DNA of 64,000 nt, taken from Massalongia carnosa. Taxonomy: Eukaryota. Position 1 is the first letter of the stretch. Each line of letters starts with the position of its first letter. The stretch lies in assembly GCA_965645245.1 (NCBI GenBank), contig OZ287076.1:868001-932000 (forward strand). The letters are read 5' to 3'. Under the pieces are notes generated by a model. That model worked only from the letters and a program-made list of their open reading frames with translations, ran no database searches and had not been told where the DNA came from. Both the position numbers and the translations under genes were made by a program. Positions 52,029 through 64,000 of the stretch are shown one piece after another.

Positions 52029-52938
52029 CTTTTGTAGTCTAGAAGAATGAGGCCAGAATCTAGTTGATGTACTCCGTATAGGATATTTAGTAGTCTAGTG
52101 ATTTAAGTGATAGCGGGATTGAACGGTGGGCTTAGGCATTCGTTTTAAATGGCCTTTCTTCGGAAGAGTCGAATAGCGTCTGAGAATGAGATGGCTGAGA
52201 AACAAGGAGAATAAGGAGAGTTGCGTATTTTGAAATGATACACGGCTCAGCGTGGGTAACGTAAGATGGTATTAAGTGGGTACTATGTACTCTGTAGATA
52301 GGAGGCAGAGTAGCCACCTTCCAGTAGAGTATATACGCAGTAAATTAGGGTTTTATTAGTGTTTGCTACTAATCGAAAACGACGTGGCGCTTATCCAGAA
52401 AAAGCCGAGACAGAGATACATGGGTGTGGCGCAGTCTGTACCTTTGGACTGCCCAACAAGGTTAGAGACGTGGAGGTCCTGCTAGTTACTGAGTATGCAT
52501 GAAGGATCTACTACTCCACCTTTGAACTTCCAAGTCTATTTTCTTTTCACCATCATTGCTGAGAGTATCCTACTTATCACTGCTTGTATCCTCCAAATCT
52601 GCGCACTTCCTCGATCGGTTTAGCTCGCTCAGAAAGGATATGCGGCAATAAAAGTCAAACGCGATATGATATTTGCTGCTTCTCAGAATCCCCTCCTGAC
52701 ACTTTCGTCACCTTTCCGCCACAACGAATGCTACGCTTACCAACGGTCTTTCGACCAACCTACACTGGAGACTAGCTTGAGGATCATGTACAGTAAAGGT
52801 TTCATCGTGGAGGCTACTATGCGCATACACTGAACGACGCACTCTTTTGAACCAAGACAAAGTCGCATCATCGAATAAACTAGCGTTGGGAGGCGCGATT
52901 ACTAAGAATCTGAAAAAGATTTATAATATTCATCAGCC

Positions 52939-55900
52939 ATGTCGTATACGCCTCCAGCCACTGGGCAGCAGCCTACCTCCTTCAAAACGAATGTTAATCG
53001 CTCCAAGACCAAGCGATGGGTAGAAGCAAAGTCATATTCATACGATGGAGACGATTGGGGGGAGGTCGATGACTACGATGAATATGGGGGTTATGATGAG
53101 CCAGCACCTCCGTCGGGGATCAGGCCAAGGGGGCATTCCATAACCCAGCCCATTCCCGGGTTTCGCGAAGGTCATAATGAAGAATATCAAAGTCCCGATA
53201 ACGCCAGACACGGGTATGGCGACCTTGGCGGACAGCCAGTGATGCAACAGCCCCATGGACTGCGGAGCACGACGAACCCGCCACCACGTGTGGATCCAAA
53301 GCTTGAGAGGCCGAACTCTTTTGATCGCGGAGACGAACGGCGTGCTTTCTCTGCTGGTGACCATCAACAATGTGTGACAGCTTCTGGCCCTGAACTATAC
53401 CAAGTACCCGTTCTTCAACAAGGCGTCAATCAAGCTTCACCTCAACAAGGAGGAAACTGGGGACCGTCGCTGCAACAAGAACTCTACCAACAGCCTCTTC
53501 CGCAGGAGGATCCGTATCAAGTGACCCCTTCACACAGAGCCCCCTTCAAAACATCAGAGCCACAGCCGACCATCATTGATAACCAATCTATTTCATCTTC
53601 GTTTTACTACGGTCCAGAGCGTCAGGACATTCTTTACCCAGAGCAATCTCCCCACCCAAACCTAGGGGGTCGAACTCAGTCCATGGCTAGTAGCAACTCA
53701 TCCATGCAACATCCACCACGTAAAAGCAGTCTGAGCCAGGGTAATCAGCCAAACATAACAATCTCGAATCAAGTACCTCAAGTACCTCAAGTACCTCCGT
53801 CCGAGGAATTTTTTCCTTTGGATGATCGTGAAGGCAAAATTAGCTCAAATGAGCCATTGGCGTTTGTACGTCCTGCCGACATCTATAGACGAATGCAAGA
53901 GGAGAAAGATAAGGAGAGGAGATCGTTAGATTCGGAAAGGCCCAGAATTAATGCTCAGGTGGGACGATCGACCGCTGGTGCATTACTATCACTTCATGAA
54001 CCTGGTAGATTAATGCCAAACCCTGGTAACTTAGGTTCTAGATCGACTCTTGCTGATGTGATCGATAACGCAAAGGGTAGGGAGCCTGAGCAGAGGTCAC
54101 GGCAATCGTTGGATTCTACTGGTGAACGGAAGATAGAAGATGGTGCGGATGAAAACCGGGTAGCTGAGGGATCAGATTCCAGACGAGCTCATACCTCATC
54201 TGTGAGTACGCTCCGACCGATTTTACCAGATGTTACTCGAATATCTGGTTTTGGAGACTTGTTGCTTGACACTACATCAAATGCCAAGAATCAGTCCCCA
54301 ACTGTATCGCAAGAGCCTGTCACATCGTTTCCACAATCAATTTCACAAGCCCCTCCCCAAAGTGCAGCGGACACTAGCTTGCAACATCAAACTTCGTCCG
54401 GTTTCCGTTCCGTTGTTGCCCAGGCTTTCGATCGAACCAACGATCAAATTCCTGCTACCCCGTCTTCTACAGCTGGCTCAGGCATTGGGCGTAGCACCAG
54501 TGGGAGCACAAGTGTCATCAGCCCTATCATTAGTCGAGGTCCAAGTATGGCCAAAGCTGCTGGGACTGCAGCAGAAGTAGAGAATAGAGCGTCGACCCCG
54601 CCTGTTGCTACGAAACAAAATGAAGTCATTACGCCTAGACCCATCTCCTCTACGACCCTAGGTACTCCAAAACAGATTACACGAAAGGCTTCGCCTTCTG
54701 CCTCCCCTTTGCTAGGGTTTAATGAGCCGATCCCATCCACATTCATTCCTGGCCATCGGAGGGACTTAAGCACTCCAAGCCCAGAAAATAGCCCTGCAAG
54801 AACCCCAATACTGCAAACAGCTAGGCAAATACAAAAGCCTCAGAGGGTAGAATTGGCTATGACATCTCCTGTAGAGGTCCCTCTCTCCCCTGAGCAGGTA
54901 TCACAAGTTAATGAGTTACAACGGAATGAAGGCGAGCGTGTGCTAAGCCTTCCTGTCTGTGAAGAGAGTATCTCCAAGCCAAGTCCAACTATGCATAGCC
55001 GACAGAGTATTTTCGGAGCGTCTAACCCTATCGACACGGGCAAGCATCCAGGAGAGAATATTGCAGCCGAGTCTCCGGCAACGCCTCTCGATGATCCTAC
55101 GCACAGTCGTGCAGAATCACCAAGCAAGAATAGAGTGCGTGACTTGGCCGGTAAATTTGAAAGTGGTAGAACCAGCCGCGCAGGGTCTGAGTTATCAGCT
55201 GGGTCACCTGGACGGGGTTCACCAAGAAAAGAAACTATGCCTCTGTCACGTCCATTAGCGGATCGGTTGGAGAGTTTTAGACCTCATTTTCCTGGTGGGT
55301 GGGACTCATATACATCTACTGTACCGCCCAAGGCGTCAACAAAACGAGGTAGCTATGTTGAGACTGAACAACCAGAGCCTAAAGAACCCATAAGTGTGCC
55401 AGAACATGTGGAAGACCCTTTCTCTACAACAGTTCCTGAACAGGTAGCACCTCTTGAAAGTTCAAACAAATCCTCAGACTTAGTTGGGATTCCTTCAGAT
55501 CTGCCCATGTTACCAAAAACACTTGGTAGCCCATTTGCAGCTGTATCAGCCGCCGGATCTTCACTGGCAATGGCGCTCGTTGCAGCTGTTAGCGCAGATA
55601 GCAAAGAGCCGGATGCTGAATCTTCAGGTGCCTCGTCACAGCGTGCTACTTCGGCTGATCGTTATATGGCTAGTCCGCGACACGAGAATACATCAGTGGA
55701 CACGTCTACACATCCAGAAGCCCCACGCCCTCTAGATGTAACCTCTGTTAACGATGAAGAATCAAGCGTAGCGCCCACACCGCCCCTAAAAGACTTTTCT
55801 CCCAAACCGAGCGATGCGCAGGCAACATCGACTGGTACTGTGAATCTTATATCAGAGGATCATCCGTCAAGGAATATAAATTCGGCTGAAGATGTCGTTC

Positions 55901-58900
55901 ATTCAAGACCGCAACCAATGCTTCTGCCCATCAGCACAGACATCAGGTCCCAGCAATATGAATCTGACAGACTTCGTCGAGAAATTGTCAAAAACCTTAG
56001 CCCTAGGGGCATAAGCGAACCCACTACTGGTGAGTCAGATTCGCCCTGGCTGGACGACTCCGGAGTGTTGGTAGACCCGAGCCTCACTATTCGCGGCCAT
56101 GATAGTATGGTTATACCAACTGAGTACGACAGCTATTGGAATGGTTCTGACAGCGGAGGTGAGAATAGCCAAGCCAACAGCGATCATGGCAAAGTTGATC
56201 TTAGCCACCCACATGAGGATGACACAATTAAAGCTCCACAGCCTTTACATATAGCTAGTACACGTTCGAGTGTAAAGACTGACGGTGCTACAATCCACGA
56301 TAATACCCCGTCATCACCCAAGCTGCAACAGCATCGTTACTCTTGGAATAAGGGTTCGAGCGAAGTCGTCATAAAAAATCAAGAGATAGCTGAGAGTAAT
56401 ACTGAGGAACCATGGTCTATCCCACTATATGGTGGGAGTCATGTTGGAAATCAGCCCGTCAATGAGAAGACCTTTGCATCGATTCCTCCGGATCGCGAAT
56501 CAGATACTGTTAAGCCTAGAGTACAGAGTCTTCGAATAATCAATGATGTTGTAGACGATGGGATGGATTACAATGTGCAACAGCATGTACCACTAAACTC
56601 ATTTTACAAAAATCACGCTTCAGAAAAAGAGTTCGATAGCGAAGGTCAAGGGAGCAGGCTAGAGCAAAAACCTTTCTCTATTGGTGGGGCGCATTTGCCA
56701 CCTTACCAAGGTGGTCCGACAGCACCAACCGTAGTTCAGCCAACTTTGGAGCAAAACCTGTCAGGTGGGAAAGACTTCGGTGGTTCAGCTCTAGAACCCG
56801 AACCACAAATCATTGAGCAGCCGCAACATGGTCATTTGGGACCACCACCGCAACACAAGGAAATGTCTTTAGATATGCAAGGCAACGTCTCTACCCCTCC
56901 GATATCCCAACTTCCCTCAAACGCCCAGCTCAAAGCGCCTGCTTTCCGGGAGATCTTGGCCTTAAAAACTCCTGCTGAGCGTATCCGTGCCTTCAACGAA
57001 ACAAGAGAACAGGTTGCTAATGTCAATACTGGATTGGCTCACTGGCTTGCAATAACCACGAACGAGCACCCTGAGCATTTGGTTGGCCTATCTAGCATCG
57101 AAAGGCCACCCCAAGGTGCTCTGGGGCAAAAGCCCTTGCCATTCAAGGCTAAACTTCAAGGGCTTCGACCCGGTGGAGCTCAGCCAACCCAGCAGCCTTA
57201 TTATCAGCAATACCTCAATGCAACTCCTCAAGCGTCAGCGTCAGATGGCATCACAGGGCAAACTCCTTCAGGCAATATTTCATCCCAGGGGTTTTCACCA
57301 AGTGGAGGGACCGGAAGCAAATTATCAACTCAACAGGTTCACGCTAAAGGAAAGGACCTCTTACATTCTGCAGGGGTTTTTGGAGGCAAAGCAAATGTCG
57401 CTGCGAAAGGGTTCTTCTCGAAAGGAAGGAGTAAATTTCGAGGAAACAGTGGTACGGATAAGGTAGATAAATAATTTCATTTTCACGTCTGATTCATCGC
57501 GCTTTCTCGTTTTCTGGAAGGACGAGTCCAAGGATCTATGAATGTGTCATCAGGATGATTTCAGCGTGCAAATTCCTTTGAATTGTAGCCTATGTACTTT
57601 TATTAAGCCAACATCCTGTCTTGGCGATGATCGACCTTCAAAGTGTCACTTTGACATTATTATAAGTTCCAGAGCGCTGAACTACGTGATTGATTTTTGT
57701 GTTGTTTCAGGTTACAAATCACCCCCCCAGCCCCAGCTCCTTTTCCAGGGGAATACAGCCACAGCATCAGCCACAAATGGACCAGTCACTTCCTTACCAA
57801 GGTGCATCCACCATTCAGCCCGCTACACAAGGTGCGTCTAAGGCCCAGCCTACACTTAATCAGGTCTACGGTCCTTCTCAGGGACTACTGGGCGATGTAA
57901 AAGGTCTTAATTATGACGAGTCTCAAGATCTAGGACTATTGTCTTCGTCTCTAGACCAGGAATGCCAGTTCCCCGACAATAACCGTGACAAAGGCTTCTC
58001 TGATGCAGCAAACCAACCTTCAATCTTAGATTTCGTTAGACCTCCAAGATTTTCAAGTCTTCAAGGGAAGAATAACCTAATATCGACCAAGAAGCATGGC
58101 TCCACCGATCCGAGCAACCAGGTACAGACAGCTATAATTGGTGACGCTAATCCGATTTTTCTACAAGCAACACCTACTGCAGAGTCCTACCTAGGTTCTT
58201 ACCAAGATCCCCCGCGTCGGCAATCATACCCAAGCAGCAATCAGACACCGACGCAGGCAGAAATTAGTAGAGGGGTTCAAGACGATGCACCATCCAGCTC
58301 GCCGTCATTCGGCACGCAAGAATGCTTACAAACGAGACAGGACTTCAAAGCTCCAATAGAATCTCATCCCACAGCACAATTAATACCCCAAGGAATTAGT
58401 AAGGAAAAGCCTTCTACGCGCAAGGACTCTGTACCGCGATCACGGTACTCCACAGCGAATAACACGTCATGTGGGATCCCAGAGGGTAAAGACTCCAAAT
58501 ATCTAACTTTGCAACATCTTTCTGGTGGTTCAACTGGCACCTTTCATACCGCGGGCAGCCGTGTGGGGCTACTTGATGTCTCAAGCATGAGAGATCAACT
58601 TGGAGTACCGCCTCAAACCCCTGAAGAGCGTTTGCCTACCCCTGTGCAATCGGGAACTTATACCGCTAATCTCGAGGTTGTTAATCAGGCGGTTTTTAGA
58701 CCATTTTCTTTTATGGATCTCCCATCAAATGAGTACATCCCAGCGACATCGAATAATTTACAGCGAGAGCCAAGCACTGAAAGTGATACTAGTCCCAGAC
58801 TTACTAATAGACCACCGTCGCCAGTGTCGCCGCAACGATCCATGAAGCAGAGAATATTAGACCAGCAAAACCGAATCACCCCACCTAGTGATAATCTCAC

Positions 58901-60876
58901 CATCGGGGCTTTGCCATTAGATAGTGGTAATGACCTCATGCGAAGACCTCAATCTTACTCACAGCATTTTCAAGACCCGAACCTCCAAGAACACCCAGCA
59001 TTCCGACAAACAGCCCTAGCGACAAAAGGGAGCGAACTGCCTAAAGAATCCTACCCTACTCGGATGCCTCGTGAAGAAGCTCACTTGCCGCGGCAACAAT
59101 TTACAGAATATCAGCTTGAAGGCGTTGGGCCACCTGCCATTCCACCATCAGAGAATAGGACCAAATCACGCCATAGTTCGAGAAGCTCGGCTTTCTTTCG
59201 AAATTTTGGCAGCTCCCCAAAGCCAGAAAAATCGCCGTCTATGCATGGTTCCGAAGTCCTGCATGTGGAATCGCCAACCAAAGCACTTGAAAACAATGGG
59301 AAGAGATCCAAGAGGAGTAGTATGTTTCGTACTCTAACCGGGCGTAGCGGCAGTGATCGCAACCAGCTTAAAGGATATGTAGAAGAGCAAGCGACGATGC
59401 CTAAAAGCCCTATCCCTCGCCAATCTAGCACAGCGCTACATGAAAAAGCCGAGAAAGCGAATGTTTCAACAGACGGGTTCAGCGGAGTCCGTAACAAGCT
59501 TCAGAGGGCATCTACGTTGGTGGTCGCCGAGAAGAACGTTGGTAAGAAGAAGAGGTTCTCTGTGATTGGGGTAAGTTCAGCTGTGGAGGGGCCAAAAAAA
59601 CATAGACGGACTAATGCATGCTTCTCAGAGTCTATTTGGTCGTTCCAATCACGAAAAATCGGCTCCATCAACTCGATCTCAGTTCACTCAAAGCCAGCCC
59701 GAAGTTAAAGTTCAGCGCAACAATCTCGGCCAACCTATGACGCCTGTCCGCCAACACCTTAACTCCCGATACCCGGGCCCCATCCGCCAGGAGCCCGATT
59801 ATGACGCTCGCCCACAAGAATACGTCCAACCCAAAATAGGCGATTACTATGCTCCCAGCCACGCCGTGGAAACAGGTTCCAATCCGGCTGTTGCGCAGGC
59901 TACCATACCACCATCGTACCCCCAATCTCCTGAGCCCCCAGCCTACGTCCAAGACTTTTCGTTACGACAACAGAATAACGCTTCCAGAGCTAAACAGCAC
60001 GGCATGAGTCCGCCGCCCTCCTCGTCAAGAGCTTCCGCGCTGCTGCCAGAAGACCGAGGAGATTTTGTGCAGCCAAGACAATCGCATTGGGTGCGGAATC
60101 CCGCTCTACATAATCACAACAATCCGACGTACTCGAGCAATCATGGCAACCAACCCCCGCCCCGGACATCCTCGATGCAAAACCCCCACCAGAAACAACA
60201 ATCCTGGCGTCCTAACCTTTTAACCGGGGACCAAACCTCCACCGCAGCACTTCCCTATGTGCTCTCTATGCAAAGTTCCCTGCAGAACCAACACCCAACC
60301 ATCAACCCCACCCTTCAAGTTTACTCCGACCGCAATCAAGCCAAGGGCCCCCAGCGAACCCCATCCCCTCCCCCACCTGCTCCTCCCCCGAAAGATAATC
60401 AATACGCTCCTTCCCTCTCCCAAACGTCCTACCAAACCCTCCCGCCCTCGGCATATCCCACTTCATTTCCCATCACCACCGCCCCCTCCCGCTTCCCCGC
60501 CCCCCTCCCAAACCCAGAATACTCCACCCACCTCCAGCCCCCCCACCCTCAAAACAATCACCCCCCAACACCCACAGCCACCCTCTCCCCGCGCCCTCAT
60601 CATCATTCCCTCCCGCCTTTGCAGATCAGTCCGACGGTTGGCACCGCGTCGAGGAATTTTCGCGATAAGAATGCGCGGTGGAGTCGCCAGATGGAAATTG
60701 AGCGTGGCAGCAGCGTTTCTGCCAGTGGGACCGGTCCCGATGGGCCCGATGGGGGAGCGAGGGCTGGAGGAGGATCAAGGTCGTTTGAGGAAGACGATGT
60801 GGTGGTTATGTCAAGTACTAGTTATCCCGGGCAGGAGTGGGCCCCTAGTCAGTCTGAGAGATGGGATGGGGATTGA
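52939..60876 (+). CDS. Very large Ser/Pro/Gln-rich protein of unknown function; 1511-aa unspliced or ~2543-aa spliced form
   Basis: ORF 52939-57474 carries a donor AAG|GTAGAT at 57463. Phase-0 introns 57463-57710 and 59571-59628 join three ORFs in frame. Motifs TSFKTNVNRSKTKRWVEAKSYSYDGDDWG and MSSTSYPGQEW. Confidence 0.75.
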
Positions 60877-61460
60877 ACGGAGGTTTCTGACCATTGGTTC
60901 CGGAAGGTTTTAAACGAAGGGAGCCAGGTGTTTATTACCCTAGAGGTAACTGGAGAGGATGGTAGGTGGAGTTTCTGGTTGTTAGTGGTGATTCTGCTTG
61001 GAAAGGAGTGGCTTCTGGTTAATGTACAGAATTCTCTCATCAAAGTCCTTCGCACACGTGTTCACTTTGTCCGTCATGTATACACATGCATAGATAGGTA
61101 TCATCTCTTCTTCGTCCAGAGTCTCCTTTCATTTATTACTTTTCTTGCTCTTTGCAAGATGACGGACGGAACGCCGAATTGATGGTGGCATTTCCAAACA
61201 TGAAGGAAAGGCATTGGTGGCTTGGCGGTTAATGGGGGAGAAGCGGAGCGTGATTAGGAACTCTTGGCGTTGAGCTCGTTGGACAGAGCCAGACGATGGA
61301 CTGAAGAGCTGACGCTGTACTCATATTATGCAGGGAGCTTCATAATCATACCTGTCGTATTTCTACTAATTGTCATAAAATGAATTGTCGTTTCTAAAAT
61401 CAGGTTTACCAAGGTGTATTTTGGAGCTGGGCTTGAGGACATCGCGGGAAGTTGGGTTTA

Positions 61461-61484
61461 GATGATGATGATGATGATGATGAT
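61461..61484 (+). repeat. (GAT)n microsatellite
   Basis: Run of GAT units (about 7-8). Confidence 0.85.
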
Positions 61485-63084
61485 GGGTTGGATAAGTGGG
61501 AAAGTGCCTATCTGGGTTTTTGGGGGAAGTGGAGCGAGAGATGGTCCAAATTGGGAAAGGGGGTGGGGGAAGGGTTCTATAGGAGAGCTGAGTGAGAGTG
61601 AATAAGTATGAATTGGCTAGACGAAATCCACATCCGACCAAAGCCCCTGGGATTTGTAGGTCCCGGGGCTTCCGCTAGGATGGGGGGTTTTATCTCTTTT
61701 TCCCAGCCATGAGTAGCTCTATATATATCATAGATGTTCGGGATATTTGTTTGAAGATCACTCAACGCCAAACTGCTAGGCAAAACCCGGTCCCTCCAAA
61801 CGATAATCGCATCAAGTACATCTTATCAAGCCTGACACATCTGCGTTACCGACTATGTCATCTCCTGCGCTGGTTCATACAGTTGAAGCCATCGCCTACC
61901 TACGAATGCCTTTGCCCCGCACGCCCATCAGCTTCCTCTTCACTTAAGACCTTCAATCATATCGGATGTGGCTCGGCACCTTCATCGACCCATTGCCTTT
62001 TCAGACTCTCACCGCTTCGGCTGTAGCTTGCTGAAATCTCATCCAGCAGGCGGCAAAGATAGTGGTGGTTGTGTTTGGTGTAATATTAATTTAGATTGAT
62101 GGGAAGCAAACGACTCATGGTTGAAACACAGAAGGCATTCTTGGAGCTGTGTCTTCGTCACCCACAAGGACTTCATTGCGGAAGCCTTGTCCTAGCCACC
62201 TCCTTCGGCAGCCCTGCCTCCGCAAACTCCATGGGCTACCAAGCTTCCATCTACACCTTGGCAAATGAGCTTTCAGGTTAGGTAAGTGGCATCAATACCA
62301 CCTTCAACAGCACCTCCGGCCCGGAACAACCTCTCTGGTCCAGCTTCCAACCATTCCAGCATTCTGAACAGCTGAAGCTGAATTACCTAGATTTTCAACT
62401 TCATCTTAGCCACCCCGTCGACGCCATTATGTGTTCACCTCTAACATCCACCTACTTGGAGAAAACAAGGACTAGCGAGCCAAACCCCAGCTGAAGAAAG
62501 GCTTGGAGCCTTCACTAATTACAAACCGCCTTTTCGTTTTCGTTTCACGACCCTCCCCCATAGATAGCAGGCTTTCGGCGATGACTCGTTTTCTTCTTCC
62601 CATTGGTCATCACGACGAAGACAACAACATTTTTTTCGAATACAGGTACTTCTCACAAAGTAGTTGTCAACCTCTTGTATAAATTGACCCTTTCAAGGTC
62701 TGACTAAATCAATAGTTGATAGTTCATAACTTAGTAATCTGCTGACCTTCCTGCCTGCGTTTTCCTTGTAAAGAACTCGAAGCTAGGATTTAAAGTTAGC
62801 TAGCGGTACTTTGGGAGCCAATTAAGGGGATCCAACTTACAGCTCGGACCGAAACTTTTAGATGGAGGATTATGGCTTTGTCACAGGTCTTCCTCTCTTG
62901 TTTTTCGAAAGTGGTTGGCGTTATGAGACCGCAGCGCGTATACTGAACCCTCGACCTGGACTTTTCCCAAACAAGCGCTTGGTAAAGATAGTTCCATACG
63001 GTTATCTTGCAACTCTCCGTTTAATGCAGGCTGATAGATGGCTTGGACGCAGACCGCTTGGTATGTTTAGGCCCTTCATCTACT

Positions 63085-64000
63085 TTAAACATGTGCCCAA
63101 CCATTCGCAATCAACACTTGCATCTCATTAATCAAACAGTCCACCCCGGGCTCATAATTTTCGCTGTTTCCCCCCGTCCACGCCTTCAGCCTACGGTTGA
63201 TCCTCGAGGACTTGAAAAATGTAGGCGTTAACCAGCGCCAGAAACGGTTCCTCCACACGCCTTTGATACTTTCTCCGAAGGGAGGCCATATGATGCTTTG
63301 ATGGGCGGCCGCGTACGCCTCGGGATTGTAGCCAACGCGGACGTTGGGATTCAGCCAAACGCCACGAGAGGCACTGAGAGGATTATCAATGTGAATGAGG
63401 CAGCATTCAGAGGCCTCAACGTGGTATTGGGCGAGGGAGTCAGGGATGCCTCGGAATAGCAGACGGTCTATTCCATAGAAGGGTTTCGAGTCGAAGGCAA
63501 CTGATGGTAAATTAGGCTAGTCCGAGATAATGGAAATTGAATCACCCACCAATACCATTCCAGCAGCTTTGAACCGGGACGGGTTGCCCGGAAATCACCG
63601 CCTTTCTTGAAGATCCGGCGCGGAAATAAGGAAACGTTGAAGTGACAGCTTCATGGCCATCGTGATCTCTCAAGGCGAAAGTGTCATAAAAGTTTGGTGG
63701 TTTTGAAAAATCTAACGAACAAGCAGCGGCATAGTCACCATTTCGGGTAGCAAGAAGAGTTTTGACGTCTTCTGTCTACCATTATAAATCCATTAGCCTC
63801 CGCACATGCAACCTGAGGCACTCAACTAACAGTAAAGACAACATCATTCAAAAACAAAATTCGATCGAAAGTGATGCCTTTCAGTGCGAGTTCAGTAAGC
63901 GGTTTCAGGGATAGGTTTCGTAATCGTGACAAATATGGTATTCGTCTCAGCTCCTTCCTTCCTCTGGGTGTTTCGATCCATCCAGTTGACGAAGGTATCG
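63085..64000 (-). CDS. GT69 / CAP59-like alpha-1,3-mannosyltransferase, 3' part (absent from ORF track)
   Basis: Manual translation gives RRIPYLSRLRN, RILFLNDVVF, AACSLDFSKPPNFYDTFALRD, PVPVQSCWNG, EASECCLIH, WLNPNVRVGY and CLINEMQVLIANGWAHV*. Two GT-AG introns. Confidence 0.92.

Noticed and set aside
61700..62500. Possible gene relic
   Set aside because: Short interrupted frames with no identifiable domain.

Overview
This window is gene-dense nuclear DNA of a filamentous ascomycete (Pezizomycotina), with short GT-AG introns and CTRAC branch points. It is not prokaryotic, and I found no rRNA, convincing tRNA or CRISPR array. About 17 intact or partial genes are supported: SIP3/LAM-like (partial), KRI1, ADP/ATP carrier, Prf/FTF-like Zn2Cys6 factor, a multi-TM membrane protein, MRL1, ERG24, an unknown protein, a DUF3074/START-like protein, (6-4) photolyase, GH3 beta-glucosidase, an EXPERA protein, a CYP450, SCS3/FIT2, SED5, a giant low-complexity protein and a GT69/CAP59-like gene (partial, missed by the ORF track). 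There are also two abutting, disabled DD34E Tc1/mariner transposons and several pseudogenes. The most notable observations are: (1) a TACTCYGTA/TACRGAGTA 9-mer found only between genes that matches the terminus of one transposon; (2) the back-to-back Tc1 pair sharing one TA; (3) a splice/stop switch giving a 1511- or about 2543-aa protein; (4) structured introns in the ADP/ATP carrier gene; (5) a host-type gene inactivated by RIP-like transitions; (6) non-canonical splice sites. No clear-cut new multi-gene system is proven. Family assignments come from recognised motifs and recall, not from database searches.
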